Part shown: positions 27,850 to 39,162 of the stretch, piece by piece
Layout: each line of letters opens with the position of its first letter
Numbering within the stretch: the stretch's first letter is position 1
Source of the DNA: Andalucia godoyi And28
Taxonomy: Eukaryota > Protista > Jakobida
Assembly (NCBI GenBank): GCA_009859145.1
Contig: VRVR01000003.1
Span: 469,121 to 533,120, forward strand
Length of the DNA stretch: 64,000 nt
Reading direction: 5' to 3'
Made by a program: the position numbers and the translations under genes
The notes under the pieces: model-generated
Databases searched by the model: none
Seen by the model: only the letters and a program-made list of their open reading frames with translations
What the model was told of the DNA's origin: nothing

Positions 27850-28866
27850 TTAAATCGACGCCAAGGATGGATTCTCGTGAGCAGTGGCTAGCCGAGCGGC
27901 CTGCCAAACGCCAACAAAAGCGCTCGTCTGCACCGTCTCTGTTGTTCCGGACGCTAGTCTGTACTCGATATCAGCAAGCTGGACAATGACAAATGCTCGC
28001 ACGGCGTTCAGAAACTCAAATTCAACTGCATGTTGCACGCATCTTCGAACAATATCGACAAGCGCAAGTCCTCGATCGAGCTTGATTTGCGCCACACGAT
28101 CCACAGCTTCTCGGAAAGAAAGCGTTAGGCATGTATTCACAATCTCGTCAATGTCTCGCGGATGCGGCGCACCTGCCGTGGAATACACAATGTCGTCGGT
28201 GATCAGCACATTGGCCGGCACCGCAAGCGCGCATGCTTGCAAGAGGTTTACGCATTTTCGCATGTCGCCGTCACCAATTCTCGACACTGCTTGAAGTCCA
28301 GACGCGTCAATCTTTAGATTCTCAACTTCTGCAATCGAGGCCAAACGACCTACAATAACCTCGTCGACAAGCGGACCAAACCGGAATTTTGTGCATCGAG
28401 ACTGCAACGCCGGAATGATCTTGTTTACAAAGTTGCAAATCAAGCAGAATCGTGCGTTCGATGTGTACTTTTCAATAATCCTTCGGAGAGCAGCTTGCGC
28501 ATCCTGAGTCAGATGATCAGCCTCGTCGAGAACAATGAGTTTAAACATGTTGTTTCCAAAGATGTTCTTCGTTGATGCGAAATCCTTGATCTGCTCGCGA
28601 ACAACATCAATGCCGCGCTCGTCCGAAGCATTCAGTTCAAGAACCTGGCAATTCGGAATCGATCGCGCACACGCAAGAATCGTCGAGGTCTTTCCTGTCC
28701 CAGCTGGCCCATAAAGCAAAAGATGCGGAAGCCGATCCGTCGCTACCATTTGCTTGATTGTGCTGATAATTTCCTGGTGAGAAATAACATCATCCAGCGA
28801 TGCAGGCCGGTATTTTTCAACCCACGGAAGCGAAGAGAAGGACGATGATGACGACGAGGAAGACAT
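27850..28866 (-). CDS. RFC5: Replication factor C small subunit (human RFC5 / yeast Rfc3 type)
   Basis: PWVEKYRP, PHLLLYGPAGTGKT, LELNASDERGID, DEAD and ALQSRCTKFRFGPL. Confidence 0.92.
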   Translation of the reverse strand: MSSSSSSSSFSSLPWVEKYRPASLDDVISHQEIISTIKQMVATDRLPHLLLYGPAGTGKTSTILACARSIPNCQVLELNASDERGIDVVREQIKDFASTKNIFGNNMFKLIVLDEADHLTQDAQAALRRIIEKYTSNARFCLICNFVNKIIPALQSRCTKFRFGPLVDEVIVGRLASIAEVENLKIDASGLQAVSRIGDGDMRKCVNLLQACALAVPANVLITDDIVYSTAGAPHPRDIDEIVNTCLTLSFREAVDRVAQIKLDRGLALVDIVRRCVQHAVEFEFLNAVRAFVIVQLADIEYRLASGTTETVQTSAFVGVWQAARLATAHENPSLASI

Positions 28867-29188
28867 TTTAGTTCACAGAAGCACGACGGAATAAAACACT
28901 CACACACGTGCACGCACACCAAACAAACCACAGAAAAAATGAAAATGAAAAAAAGAAAAAGAAAAGAAAAGAAAAAGGCCAATGAAATAAAATAAAAAAT
29001 GCAGGAAAAAACTCAATGCGCTTGATGAAAGCATAAAAAACAGGCGGGAACGCATTGATGAACGAAATAAAGGGGGATTTGGCGGGGAGACATTCCTATG
29101 AAAGTGCAGCAGGAAAAGACTGTGTTTATTGTGGATGCGTAAAGTTCGATTCAGACAATCGCACTGTGCGTGGGAAAGCAGAGAGAAT

Positions 29189-30547
29189 TTAATATTCCTC
29201 GGCACCTTCCTCCTCACCCTCGCCGTCGGCAGACTCGGCTCCGACCTCCTCGTAGTCCTTCTCAAGGGCTGCAAGATCCTCGCGGGCCTCGGAGAACTCA
29301 CCCTCCTCCATACCCTCACCAACATACCAGTGGACGAAGGCACGCTTGGCGTACATGAGATCGAACTTGTGGTCCATGCGGGAGAGAACCTCGGCAATGG
29401 CAGTCGAGTTGGCCATCATGCACACAGAGCGCTGGACCTTGGCAAGATCACCTCCGGGGACAACGGTCGGGGGCTGGTAGTTGATACCAACCTTGAAACC
29501 AGTCGGGCACCAGTCAACGAACTGGATGGTACGCTTGGTCTTGATGGTGGCAATGGCGGCGTTCACGTCCTTGGGGACAACGTCTCCACGGTACATCAAG
29601 CAGCATGCCATGTACTTTCCGTGGCGGGGGTCGCACTTGGCCATCATCATGGCGGGCTCGAAGACCGAGTTGGTGATCTCGGCAACAGAGAGCTGCTCGT
29701 GATACGCCTTCTCCGCAGAGATGATCGGGGCATACGAGACGACGGGGAAGTGGATACGCGGGTACGGAACCAGGTTGGTCTGGAACTCGGTCAGATCGAC
29801 GTTCAGCGCACCATCGAAACGAAGGGAGGCGGTGATCGACGAGATGCACTGGGCAACCAAGCGGTTCAGGTTGGTGTAGGTCGGGCGCTCAATGTCAAGT
29901 GCACGGCGGCAGATGTCATACAAGGCCTCGTTGTCGACCAGGAAGGCGCAGTCCGAGTGCTCGATCATTCCGTGGCAGGCAAGAACGGTGTTGTACGGCT
30001 CGACAACGGCGGTTGCAACCTGGGGAGACGGGAAAACTCCAAACTCGAGCTTCGACTTCTTGCCGTAGTCAACAGACAAGCGCTCCAAAAGGAGGGCGCC
30101 GAAACCGGAACCGGTACCACCACCGAATGCGTGGAAGACCAAGAATCCCTGGAGACCCGTGCAGTTGTCAGCCAACTTGCGGATGCGGTCGAGCGTCAGG
30201 TCGATGATTTCCTTTCCGATGGTGTAGTGTCCACGGGCGTAGTTGTTGGCGGCATCCTCCTTTCCGGAGATCAGCTGCTCGGGGTGGAACAGCTGGCGGT
30301 AGGTACCAGTACGGACCTCGTCAACGACCGTCGGTTCAAGATCGACGAAGACGCAGCGGGGAACATGCTTTCCAGCACCAGTCTCGGAGAAGAAGGTGTT
30401 GAAGGCATCATCCTCCATACCGATGGTCTTGTCAGAGGGCATCTGGCCGTCCGGCTGGATTCCGTGCTCGAGGCAGAACAGCTCCCAGCAGGCGTTACCA
30501 ATCTGAGAACCAGCTTGGCCGACGTGGATCGAGATAACTTCACGCAT
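29189..30547 (-). CDS. TUBA: Alpha-tubulin
   Basis: [20 protein letters not shown], acidic tail ending EEY, and strong C-ending codon bias. Confidence 0.99.
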   Translation of the reverse strand: MREVISIHVGQAGSQIGNACWELFCLEHGIQPDGQMPSDKTIGMEDDAFNTFFSETGAGKHVPRCVFVDLEPTVVDEVRTGTYRQLFHPEQLISGKEDAANNYARGHYTIGKEIIDLTLDRIRKLADNCTGLQGFLVFHAFGGGTGSGFGALLLERLSVDYGKKSKLEFGVFPSPQVATAVVEPYNTVLACHGMIEHSDCAFLVDNEALYDICRRALDIERPTYTNLNRLVAQCISSITASLRFDGALNVDLTEFQTNLVPYPRIHFPVVSYAPIISAEKAYHEQLSVAEITNSVFEPAMMMAKCDPRHGKYMACCLMYRGDVVPKDVNAAIATIKTKRTIQFVDWCPTGFKVGINYQPPTVVPGGDLAKVQRSVCMMANSTAIAEVLSRMDHKFDLMYAKRAFVHWYVGEGMEEGEFSEAREDLAALEKDYEEVGAESADGEGEEEGAEEY

Positions 30548-31118
30548 TGCTTCTTGTGACTACGAGGTTTTTAAAAAGACTAAACAAAAGCCGATAATGA
30601 GGCAAGTTCAAATCAACAGTGGGGTGAGAAGAAAAGAAAGAGAAGAAAGAAGAAAAGGGGATAGAAAAACAGAAAACAAAAAGAGAAGGAAGAAAAACTA
30701 AGAAGGAATGGAAGGAGTAGGAAGAAAAGAAAACGGAATCCAGCCGAGATTGGACGCACCATCTGTTTGCACCGGTTTTTTTTTTTGGCGGGTGGGGTGG
30801 ATCGAAATGAAAAAATGCAGCGCTAAACGCTGTTTGCGTTTAGGGCTCGAGAGGTCCTGCGTCGTTTTCAACGCTCACTTGATGCCCAAAATATCTCTGG
30901 GGCACTTTTTTTCCCCTGGAGTTTTTCAATCCGCTGTAATGTAGCGTCAAGCCCCAAGCATCAGCGAGCGCATTGAGCACTACAGTCTCTGCTGACACGT
31001 GTCTTGCTTTTTCTTCTTCCTGTCTGTCTCCCTTCCTTCCTTCCTTCCTTCCTTCCTTCTTTTCTTCTTTGTTGACGTGCTGGTCATTCCTCCTGCGTGT
31101 TCTCTGTGGTCGCACGGC

Positions 31119-31478
31119 ATGTCTTCACGAGTCCCGGCTGCGGGAAAAGCAGTGACTCTGACATCACTGACACACGTTGGCGCAGGTGCACCGACGGGCT
31201 CTAACACGTCCATCGAGTATGTGCTGAAGCGAAAGTCGATTCCGGTATCCTGGTCGTATTTGCACGCATTTCTGAATGCTCGTGTTTCCAAACGAAAGCT
31301 TCAGTATGCGAGAAAGTCGCTTACTTCAGAGGATTGCGATGTTCTTGGAACTGCATGCGCCTTCAACTCTGCACTGTTCCTCAAATCGACCGAGCAAGTA
31401 GAATCAAATAAGGGTTCTCCGACGGCAGCGATCACGGCCCGAGAGCTGCTCCAGTGGTGCTCTGGAAGCAGATCGTAG
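31119..31478 (+). CDS. Small hypothetical protein (119 aa)
   Basis: ORF follows a pyrimidine tract and is followed by a T-rich 3' region. No family recognised. Confidence 0.4.
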   Translation: MSSRVPAAGKAVTLTSLTHVGAGAPTGSNTSIEYVLKRKSIPVSWSYLHAFLNARVSKRKLQYARKSLTSEDCDVLGTACAFNSALFLKSTEQVESNKGSPTAAITARELLQWCSGSRS

Positions 31479-31911
31479 AGCCTGCTAAGTTCTTTTTTTT
31501 AATTGCATCGTCTTACATGTATCTTTTTTTCGTTTTTCTTTTTCTTTTTCTTTTTCTTTTTCTTTTTATATTATTATTGATTCTTTTTGGTTTTGTTCTC
31601 CCGAGACCTTTTTCTCCTTCTTTTTGCGGGGCGGTGTTGTTTTCGCTCTCGACAGTGTGACCGTTTTTGATGCGGAGTTTTCCTATGCCCCCTCCCCCCT
31701 CCCCCGGCGGTATTTCCGAATAAACCAGCAATCAGTATGCTGATGTTCGCCGCCCTCCTCGCTCCTTCCAATAATGAAAGCACGAATGATGTTGGCTTGG
31801 ACGGGTGCAAGGAAAAGAGAAAAAGAAGAAGAAGAAGAAAAGAAACGTTTCTTTGTGGATTTTGAAGAAGCTAAGAGTAGTAATTATTTCTTTTAAAAAA
31901 AACCTCCCCAG

Positions 31912-34900
31912 TTACTGGACATACAACGAGGCAGCAAAGACGATGTCTCGCTTAATCTTCACCGAGCATTGCTGCATCTTGTCGAACAGCACGAGATCGC
32001 CGATAACACGGGCAGCATCACGGACTTCTCTGCAGGCCTGCTCAAGCTGTAGTATGGTTCGCACAATCGAACCCTCCTGAATTTCTGTCAGAGTGCAAAT
32101 CTCGGAGAACGGCATACCACGGGCCCATTCATACGCAATCTGCATCATGGAAAAGTTGAGCACGCTCTTCACAAAATCGCTCGGTGCAATTTCCAAGCCC
32201 TTTTCCTGCTGCAACTCTCCGAGTTTGAGAGCGAGAGAGATGAGCATGGCCTTCGAACTCTTCATAAAGTCGGTTAGCTCCCCTTCCTCTCCAGACTTTT
32301 CCTGCGCCAGAAACGCAGACAACACGCACACAATCTCCTCGGGTGCCAAGGGGGTTAGAAAATTCTGAAAAATCAACTCCGACACGAGGATGCAGTTGCA
32401 CGAGTTCAGCTCACAACTGACTTTTCCTTTGAGCGTCACCGTCTTGAGTTCTGTCAGAAATCCGAGGCTCTGAAGGACTCTCACTCGGTTCGCAAAATCA
32501 GGCATGTGTGCGAGATTGTCGTCCAGGAGCGACACTTCCAGGTCCTGGCGCTGCTGGTCCAGCCGGGCATAGAGATCAAACTTCTCGAATGCTTCGACGA
32601 AGGAAGGACATCCGACATGGGGCGAGGCGAGTATGGCGCGCACAAGGATCTCAAGCCGCTGCGATCGATCGACAATATCGAGTTCGCGAATGCGCAACTC
32701 GTTCACCAAATCGTAGACTTCATATCGATGCATTTTTTTCCAAGACTCGGTCAACAAATCGAGGGCTTTCTTGACCTGAGCGGGGTTCGCCGAGGATCCC
32801 ATGGGCAGATCTGTTACGCTAACTTTGGACTTTGCGACAAAAACGATGTTCGAGGGCATGACATCTATGAACTCCACGCTCCCTTCCAACAGAGAGGAGT
32901 CAAAGGGGACGAATGCAGACGAGTGGAGAATGCATTCCATCGGGGAAACAATCTTGTTGAGTTTGAGCATGAAAACACGAAATGCAAACCGATTTTGTGA
33001 CGTGTCCGACAAGGAGCGAACCACAAAAGCAGGCGCCAGCATTCGGGTCTGCGGATGTTGGACAATAACAATGCGTCCGGTCTGCATGATTGACGCGGCA
33101 TGGCGAGAAGGAAGAAGCTCATTCTGCAACTGCTCGATCAACGCCATGGCGTCCTTGAACATCGAGTACGTTTCCGGAAGATTGGGAAACTCGTCCAAAA
33201 AGCGGCCGATGTCAACTTCATAGTCCTTGATTGCGGTTCGCATTTGCTTCAGCAAAGCACGCCGTACCGGCGCATCGCGCTCGGAATCAAACTCCGAGAA
33301 GGACTTCCTCATCATTTCCTCGACACCGAAACCTTCACCGCGTAACAAGTTAAGGATCATGTTGTAAGACAGACGAAACTGTGATACCAGCTGGGTCGGC
33401 ACTCCGAGCATCATCTTCTGAAGGACGTGTTCTTCTGGAATTTCCGATTCGCAAAAAATCATGACGAGTCCAACTCGATCCAATCCACGTCGACCTGCTC
33501 TGCCACTCATCTGCGTGTACTCTCCAGGAAGAAGGTACCGAAATTCTCGGCCATCATGCTTTCGAATGTGGCTGAACACAGCCGTGCGGGTGGGCATGTT
33601 GACTCCCATCGCAAACGTCTCGGTAGCGAAAAGTACCTTGCACAGTCCACGAGAAAACAAGATCTCGACAATCTCCTTTGCCAGCGGAAGCAGTCCTGCG
33701 TGGTGGATCCCAACGCCGTTCAGCAGCAAGTCTTGAATCTTGCGCAGCTGCGGCAGGTTTTTATCAGAGCCATGAAGTCGGCTGATGCTTTGTTGAAAGA
33801 AGTTCTTGATGGTTTTCTTCTCCTGCACAGTAGTCAGATCAGTTCCACGCAGAGAATCCGTGTACTCCTCGCACTTGCGCTTTGAGAACGAAAATACCAC
33901 GGCTGGCAGCTGATCATTCGACTGCAGTTTGGCAATCAGCCTGTTCCACTGCGATTTGGAAATTCCAGGGCGATTTGGCTTCCCAGGATTGAAGGCGGCT
34001 GCCTTTCCCACGTCTTTATGTGCGGATTTGTACGCCTGAACGGCTGCCCGATACCCAGTTTGCACGAACACCTTTTTCTCGTCGACAATTTTGTAGGTTT
34101 CCTGTTGGTAGTATAGATAGTGTTCCAGCGGAACGGGTCTTCGGAACGTTGAAATGACATGCACCATGACTTTCTTTGTTCTTCCAATCCAGTCAGCGAA
34201 TTCAACGGCGTTTGGAACAGTGGCAGAAAGAAGGACGAGCTTTACCTGTGGAGGAAGCATAATCAAAACCTCCTCCCAGACAACACCGCGCTCAGCATCA
34301 TTCACGTAGTGAACTTCGTCAAAAATTACCCACTCCACATCCTTGATGATGTCGGATCCTCTGTACAGCATCGACCTCAAAATCTCGGTCGTCATGATGA
34401 GACACGACGCCGTCGCGTTGATCTGCACATCCCCGGTCAAAATCCCGACGCTGCCGAAACGCTCCTTGAAATCTCGGTATTTTTGATTCGAGAGAGTTTT
34501 GATGGGCGACGTATAGATGGCCCGCGTCATGTGACGCTTGGCGAGTGCAATTGCGTACTCTGCAACCACCGTCTTTCCTGCTGACGTGTGTGCCGCCACA
34601 AACACGGATTCGCCACGCTCCATGTGCAAGATGGCCTCCTTTTGAAACCCGTCAAGCTCGAAGGGATAATGCATTGCTAGATGCGGCTTAAGTGCTTCGA
34701 AATGCGACAGGTCTGCCTTTTGCGATATGGCCCACGTCTGGTTCGCATTTGCATTCGCGAATGCAAGCGCGTCTTCCGACGGTGTGGCTCCCACTTCCTG
34801 CAGAAGCATTTGAGTATTCTTCACCATCGTTCGAGCTCGCTGCTGCAGTGCCTGCAGCCGAATGCTCGAGCTTTCGCCGGGCAACGCAGAAATCTCGGGG

Positions 34901-35454
34901 GCGTCGTCAACATCTTCCATGCTGTCCTTCATTTTCGTGTCCTTGCGCTTGGAATCAACTCCGTTGACTGATAAGCTTGAAGAATCCCATTGTGGAACAG
35001 GAAGCGTGCGCTCGGCGCCAATTTTGGCGGCCTCCTTGATCACAAATGGATGAAAAGCCGATGAAAGGTCCAGCAGCGACGCTGGATCGACAAAGGACGG
35101 AATCAAAGGGACCGATTCCAGGTCTTCGGGAACCTGCGACTCTGTCTGTTTCACGACTGGAATGTTGGAAAACGCTCCTCGCGACAATAGTTTGGAACCC
35201 TTGTACGGGACTCGAAGGCTGATCCAAGAAGGCGCGCGGATTTCACGCATTCCAAATCCTTCGATCGGGATCATCATTCTGTCAAGAACCGGAACATCCA
35301 GGTCTCTCGGGCGCAAACACAACGGCTCGAATCTGCGTCCATTAGCAAATTGCACTCTCAAACACACATCCAACCACACATACATACAAATCGAGTCTGT
35401 TTTCGCCGTGTTGACGAAGAGGTGAGCAGCGGTAAGAAACGTGTCAAATGACAT
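31912..35454 (-). CDS. SKI2: Ski2-type DExH RNA helicase
   Basis: YPFELDGFQKEAI, AAHTSAGKT, IFDEVHY, LSATVPN, FATETFAMGVNMP, QMSGRAGRRG and C-terminal KIKRDIVFAASLY. Confidence 0.93.
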   Translation of the reverse strand: MSFDTFLTAAHLFVNTAKTDSICMYVWLDVCLRVQFANGRRFEPLCLRPRDLDVPVLDRMMIPIEGFGMREIRAPSWISLRVPYKGSKLLSRGAFSNIPVVKQTESQVPEDLESVPLIPSFVDPASLLDLSSAFHPFVIKEAAKIGAERTLPVPQWDSSSLSVNGVDSKRKDTKMKDSMEDVDDAPEISALPGESSSIRLQALQQRARTMVKNTQMLLQEVGATPSEDALAFANANANQTWAISQKADLSHFEALKPHLAMHYPFELDGFQKEAILHMERGESVFVAAHTSAGKTVVAEYAIALAKRHMTRAIYTSPIKTLSNQKYRDFKERFGSVGILTGDVQINATASCLIMTTEILRSMLYRGSDIIKDVEWVIFDEVHYVNDAERGVVWEEVLIMLPPQVKLVLLSATVPNAVEFADWIGRTKKVMVHVISTFRRPVPLEHYLYYQQETYKIVDEKKVFVQTGYRAAVQAYKSAHKDVGKAAAFNPGKPNRPGISKSQWNRLIAKLQSNDQLPAVVFSFSKRKCEEYTDSLRGTDLTTVQEKKTIKNFFQQSISRLHGSDKNLPQLRKIQDLLLNGVGIHHAGLLPLAKEIVEILFSRGLCKVLFATETFAMGVNMPTRTAVFSHIRKHDGREFRYLLPGEYTQMSGRAGRRGLDRVGLVMIFCESEIPEEHVLQKMMLGVPTQLVSQFRLSYNMILNLLRGEGFGVEEMMRKSFSEFDSERDAPVRRALLKQMRTAIKDYEVDIGRFLDEFPNLPETYSMFKDAMALIEQLQNELLPSRHAASIMQTGRIVIVQHPQTRMLAPAFVVRSLSDTSQNRFAFRVFMLKLNKIVSPMECILHSSAFVPFDSSLLEGSVEFIDVMPSNIVFVAKSKVSVTDLPMGSSANPAQVKKALDLLTESWKKMHRYEVYDLVNELRIRELDIVDRSQRLEILVRAILASPHVGCPSFVEAFEKFDLYARLDQQRQDLEVSLLDDNLAHMPDFANRVRVLQSLGFLTELKTVTLKGKVSCELNSCNCILVSELIFQNFLTPLAPEEIVCVLSAFLAQEKSGEEGELTDFMKSSKAMLISLALKLGELQQEKGLEIAPSDFVKSVLNFSMMQIAYEWARGMPFSEICTLTEIQEGSIVRTILQLEQACREVRDAARVIGDLVLFDKMQQCSVKIKRDIVFAASLYVQ
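35333..35383 (-). other. Candidate 51-nt in-frame spliceosomal intron in SKI2
   Basis: Minus strand reads GTATGT...GCTAAT...CGCAG with a TG-rich interior and a length divisible by 3. Confidence 0.6.
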
Positions 35455-36150
35455 ACGGTTTCGAAGGATCGCGCGCGAGAGCCAGGCGATCCAGGCGGTC
35501 TTCTAAACCTTGGAAGACTTGCCGCAGGTCCGTCATCCTACCTTACTGAACAGCGCACAAAAGATCGTACAAGCACCATGCACTCTGCAGACCGAAGAAC
35601 TTTTCGCAGTGTTGGTTCTTGATATATTTGCGCTCGAGATTTCGACCATCGAGCAGCATCGACCATCGACCATCGACCATCGAGAATGGGGAGGTCTCTC
35701 TGCCGGACTTTGCCATTTTAAAAATATATTGTCTTTCTGTACGACGAGCAGCGGGAAACTGTCGAGCGGGCGTGGACATCAACGCATATTCCACAAGAGC
35801 TGTCGTTTGTTTGAACAGGCGAGTTTTGCCTCTTCGACAGCCTCGGGGAGCAGAAGCCGGTCATCGTGGGCGGAAGGGTAGTAGTCAATTAATCGATGGG
35901 CAAGCGCAGACTGTCTGCAACGCATGCACGGTTAGGAAATGCGCGGAGCTCAAGAATTTCACAACTATAATTAGCGATTTGACATTTAAAAAAATTAAAA
36001 AACAAAAATCAGCTTTTTTTTTAAAGCAGGAAACAAATCAAATCAAATCAAATCAAAAAAACAAAAGATTCATCCATTCACGATGCAATCCACCAAAAAG
36101 GCGATAGCAAGAAAACACACAGAGAAAGCCAAATACTTCTAGATAAGGGA

Positions 36151-38331
36151 TCACTTGATGTACACGCAGTCGATGCGTTGGAACGTTGGATGATCGGCAA
36201 GCGCTGCTCCGGCAGCGGCAGAAACCTTGCTGACAATGGGGTCTGGCCTGCAGCGGACGTTCGCATCTCGATTCCACTTCGGATTCCTGCTCTGACAACT
36301 TAAGCGATTCAGATGCGGAAGAACAGCACGAGACTGCAGTGTTTGTGCCACCTCAGAAACGGCATCTGCAGACAGAGGTCTGTTTGTGTCGACCACGAGA
36401 ACCCGCAAATTTGGAAGCACGTCGCCACCTTCCCACAGCGCTTGCAGCCCTTGTCGGCAAAGACGATTGCCAGTCAAGTCAAGCGTTTCCAAAGACGAAA
36501 ACAGGCTAAGCGGGCCGCACTGCTTTGCAATGGCAAGGGCGTTCTTCACGGAGTCGGAGGACAATCCGGAGTCCTTAATGCACAAGTGACGAATTCCAGT
36601 CGCACTCAACGAAGCAAACATCGGCAACAATTCTTCTGTGCCTTCAAATGCAGGGGAAAAGGTGACGCCCCACGACGAGGAGGATGGAGCGGATTGTTTT
36701 GGATACGACATTCGTTCCAGTCGGACTTCTACAAGCTTTGAAAAGTTGGGCATTGTCGATAAGTGCATTCGAACATGCTCGGCGGTGCGTGCGCTAGCAG
36801 GAAGACCGGAAAATGTGAGACTCCTCAGATTCGGAGCATTGACCATGGGAAGAACATCCTCGATTCTGTAGACGAGCTTCGTGGTCTGATCACTGGTCCC
36901 AAACACAAACTCTTCGAGTGCGGTCCACGGGTGTGCCGAGAGAACTGCCTCCAACGCAAACCGATTCATTCCATGCATTGCAAAGTTGGGATCTTCCGAA
37001 ATAACCAGCTGCCGAAGCGTCTTTCGCAAGGGCGCCCCGGCACCACTGCTGTCCTGAAATGCAGACAACAACACAGTGTCCATGAACCAGGTCTCGCTTA
37101 ATTCCAGCTTGACCAGCGGCAATTCGAGGAACGCAAGCGGGCAGTTCGCGCGGAGGGCGGCGTCAGAATGTGGCTTGATTCGATTCAGCGACAGTTCCTG
37201 CGTGCATTCCGTCCACTTGCAGTCCGTGAGAATATCCCAGAATCCTTCGGTTACGGACTCGACACAAGGAACAGAAAGTGCAAGCGAATCATGAATCGGC
37301 GAGGATCGAAACAGCTGAATGACGTCTTCCTCTGCGTCGTTCTTTGGAATGTACTCAATATCCAGCAATCGAAGTCCTTGCGTGCCATTGAGATGCGATT
37401 GCAGTGCTTCCCACCACGGACTCGCGTCAAGGACACTGCACAGTCGAGTGCTGACTCGTTGCAGCTGCAGTGCCCTTTGCGCAAGGACAACCACCAGTTT
37501 ACCGAGACTGTGGTTGGAACGCCGCGACTCCTTGCCGTCCTCCGTCGCACTTGGATCGCTTGCACCACCAGCGACTGCACCTGAGGTGCCATTTGCGAGA
37601 CCGCCGTGTCGCAGCGATCCGAGCGACAGACTCTGAATAGTAGGCAGAAACGGGGCGGCTGCAACGGCGTTGGCATGTCTGACTAGCCGTTGCGATTCCG
37701 AGCCTGGTGAACGAACACCAACGTTGCAATCCCACTCTAAATGCTTCAGCGACTTGAACGGCGTGCTGCACATCGCCTCAAACTCGGAGGTTTCACAACT
37801 GATCATTGCAGGGCCTTCATACACAACGAAGCTGACTCGGTAGCAACGCAAGGTGTGGAGTCGGTTCCGAAAGCACTCGTTTCCAGCAAGCACTGCAAAG
37901 CACTGTCTTGCGGAAGCGACCTCGGTGTTGACGCTGCTCAAGTCCACTTCAAACCGTGAGAGAGAGAGAGCATTGACGTGCGGAAACGCGGAAGAAATCA
38001 AGCGCCACCAGTCGATCAGGACCTGCACATCGACGGAGCCTGCAAGGTCCGAAAGCGACACGCATTGCACGAGCTTCCGGACTTCATCGGGCACTCGGAA
38101 TATCCATTTTTGCATTTCTGCAAGAGATTCTTCGGCGAGAGTAAACGTGTAACGAGTGCACCGCAGCGTCAAGTCGCGCTCAAGAAGCCGGGCGAGCGCG
38201 TAATGGGCCATCCAGACGGCACACTTCATCGACCGTCCAACCGAGTATGCATCTTCCGCACACAAATACTGCACAATACGAGGCTGCAGCGACGCATCTC
38301 CAAGCACGCTGCGCCGCAGGTGCGAAGTCAT
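36151..38331 (-). CDS. Leucine-rich-repeat protein (RNI-like)
   Basis: LxxLxL repeats such as IQSLSL, LRLLDI, LVKLEL, LETLDLTGNRL and LRVLVV. Confidence 0.7.
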   Translation of the reverse strand: MTSHLRRSVLGDASLQPRIVQYLCAEDAYSVGRSMKCAVWMAHYALARLLERDLTLRCTRYTFTLAEESLAEMQKWIFRVPDEVRKLVQCVSLSDLAGSVDVQVLIDWWRLISSAFPHVNALSLSRFEVDLSSVNTEVASARQCFAVLAGNECFRNRLHTLRCYRVSFVVYEGPAMISCETSEFEAMCSTPFKSLKHLEWDCNVGVRSPGSESQRLVRHANAVAAAPFLPTIQSLSLGSLRHGGLANGTSGAVAGGASDPSATEDGKESRRSNHSLGKLVVVLAQRALQLQRVSTRLCSVLDASPWWEALQSHLNGTQGLRLLDIEYIPKNDAEEDVIQLFRSSPIHDSLALSVPCVESVTEGFWDILTDCKWTECTQELSLNRIKPHSDAALRANCPLAFLELPLVKLELSETWFMDTVLLSAFQDSSGAGAPLRKTLRQLVISEDPNFAMHGMNRFALEAVLSAHPWTALEEFVFGTSDQTTKLVYRIEDVLPMVNAPNLRSLTFSGLPASARTAEHVRMHLSTMPNFSKLVEVRLERMSYPKQSAPSSSSWGVTFSPAFEGTEELLPMFASLSATGIRHLCIKDSGLSSDSVKNALAIAKQCGPLSLFSSLETLDLTGNRLCRQGLQALWEGGDVLPNLRVLVVDTNRPLSADAVSEVAQTLQSRAVLPHLNRLSCQSRNPKWNRDANVRCRPDPIVSKVSAAAGAALADHPTFQRIDCVYIK

Positions 38332-38855
38332 CCCGAAATCGATAGTGCAGAAAAAGAAAGAAAAAAAAACCACAATCACGAAACGTCAAACACGGTGGAA
38401 TCCGATCGATGGGTATGACAAAACAGAATCCCAACAGCAGTGAGAATCGAGAGAAACAATGAAAAGACAATAAAGAGTAGCCAGGTTTAATACATATAAA
38501 AACACCTTCTCCCGTAGCACCTCGTTTTTATCCAATCGCAATGTTCTGTTCTTTATTTCACCCCCCAAAGATTTGAATCGAAAAAGGCAAATTCATTTTT
38601 CATTTTCTGTCGGCGGATGACCAATAGGTTCCCATGGAGGGCTGGTGTCGCAGGAAAGAACTGCGTCGCAGCAAAGAAGAGCACGATGCACATCAAGCAT
38701 TCCCACCACCTCACATCCATGCCTCAGTGTTTGCAGAATGTGACACCATCGGATGCCTTTCTTTATTTTGCATGCGATGCACTGTTCTATGCATGTTATG
38801 CGCGGTAGTATGGATTCACCCGTCACTTCGGTGGAAGCAGGACCTTTTGCATGTG

Positions 38856-38990
38856 CACGGTGCGCGCAGCATTCGTCTGAACAACGCCGAAGTGCGTGTT
38901 GGAGTCGATCCCCCTTCTTTCCGGCACTCTAACACAGCCCGGGTTGCAACTTTGATGATGATGATGCATCATCAGCAAAGGGTATGCATG
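38856..38990 (+). mobile_element. Fanzor/TnpB 3'-end and omegaRNA remnant (copy D)
   Basis: About 48 of 62 nt match the reverse complement of 17252-17312. It translates HGARSIRLNNAEVRVGVDP versus NGARNIYLKNAVRRVGADP, and keeps the paired ATGCAT arms. Confidence 0.75.
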
Positions 38991-39162
38991 AACCGTGCAC
39001 AATGTAGGCACAGTGTGGATGCAGGTGCCTCAACCCCCCTCCTCCCACCGACAATAAGAATGATAACAACAACACCAACAAAAAAACACCAACAAAAAAA
39101 AAAAACACCAATAGCAGAACTAAAGTACCGAAGACTGGGTACCGAAACAACGGCCATGGAGA

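Noticed and set aside
29129-30559. 476-aa + strand ORF
   Set aside because: Antisense shadow of alpha-tubulin produced by its strong codon bias.
35642-35683. CCATCGA heptamer repeats and surrounding short ORFs
   Set aside because: A short slippage repeat in the SKI2 upstream spacer. No recognisable protein or element.
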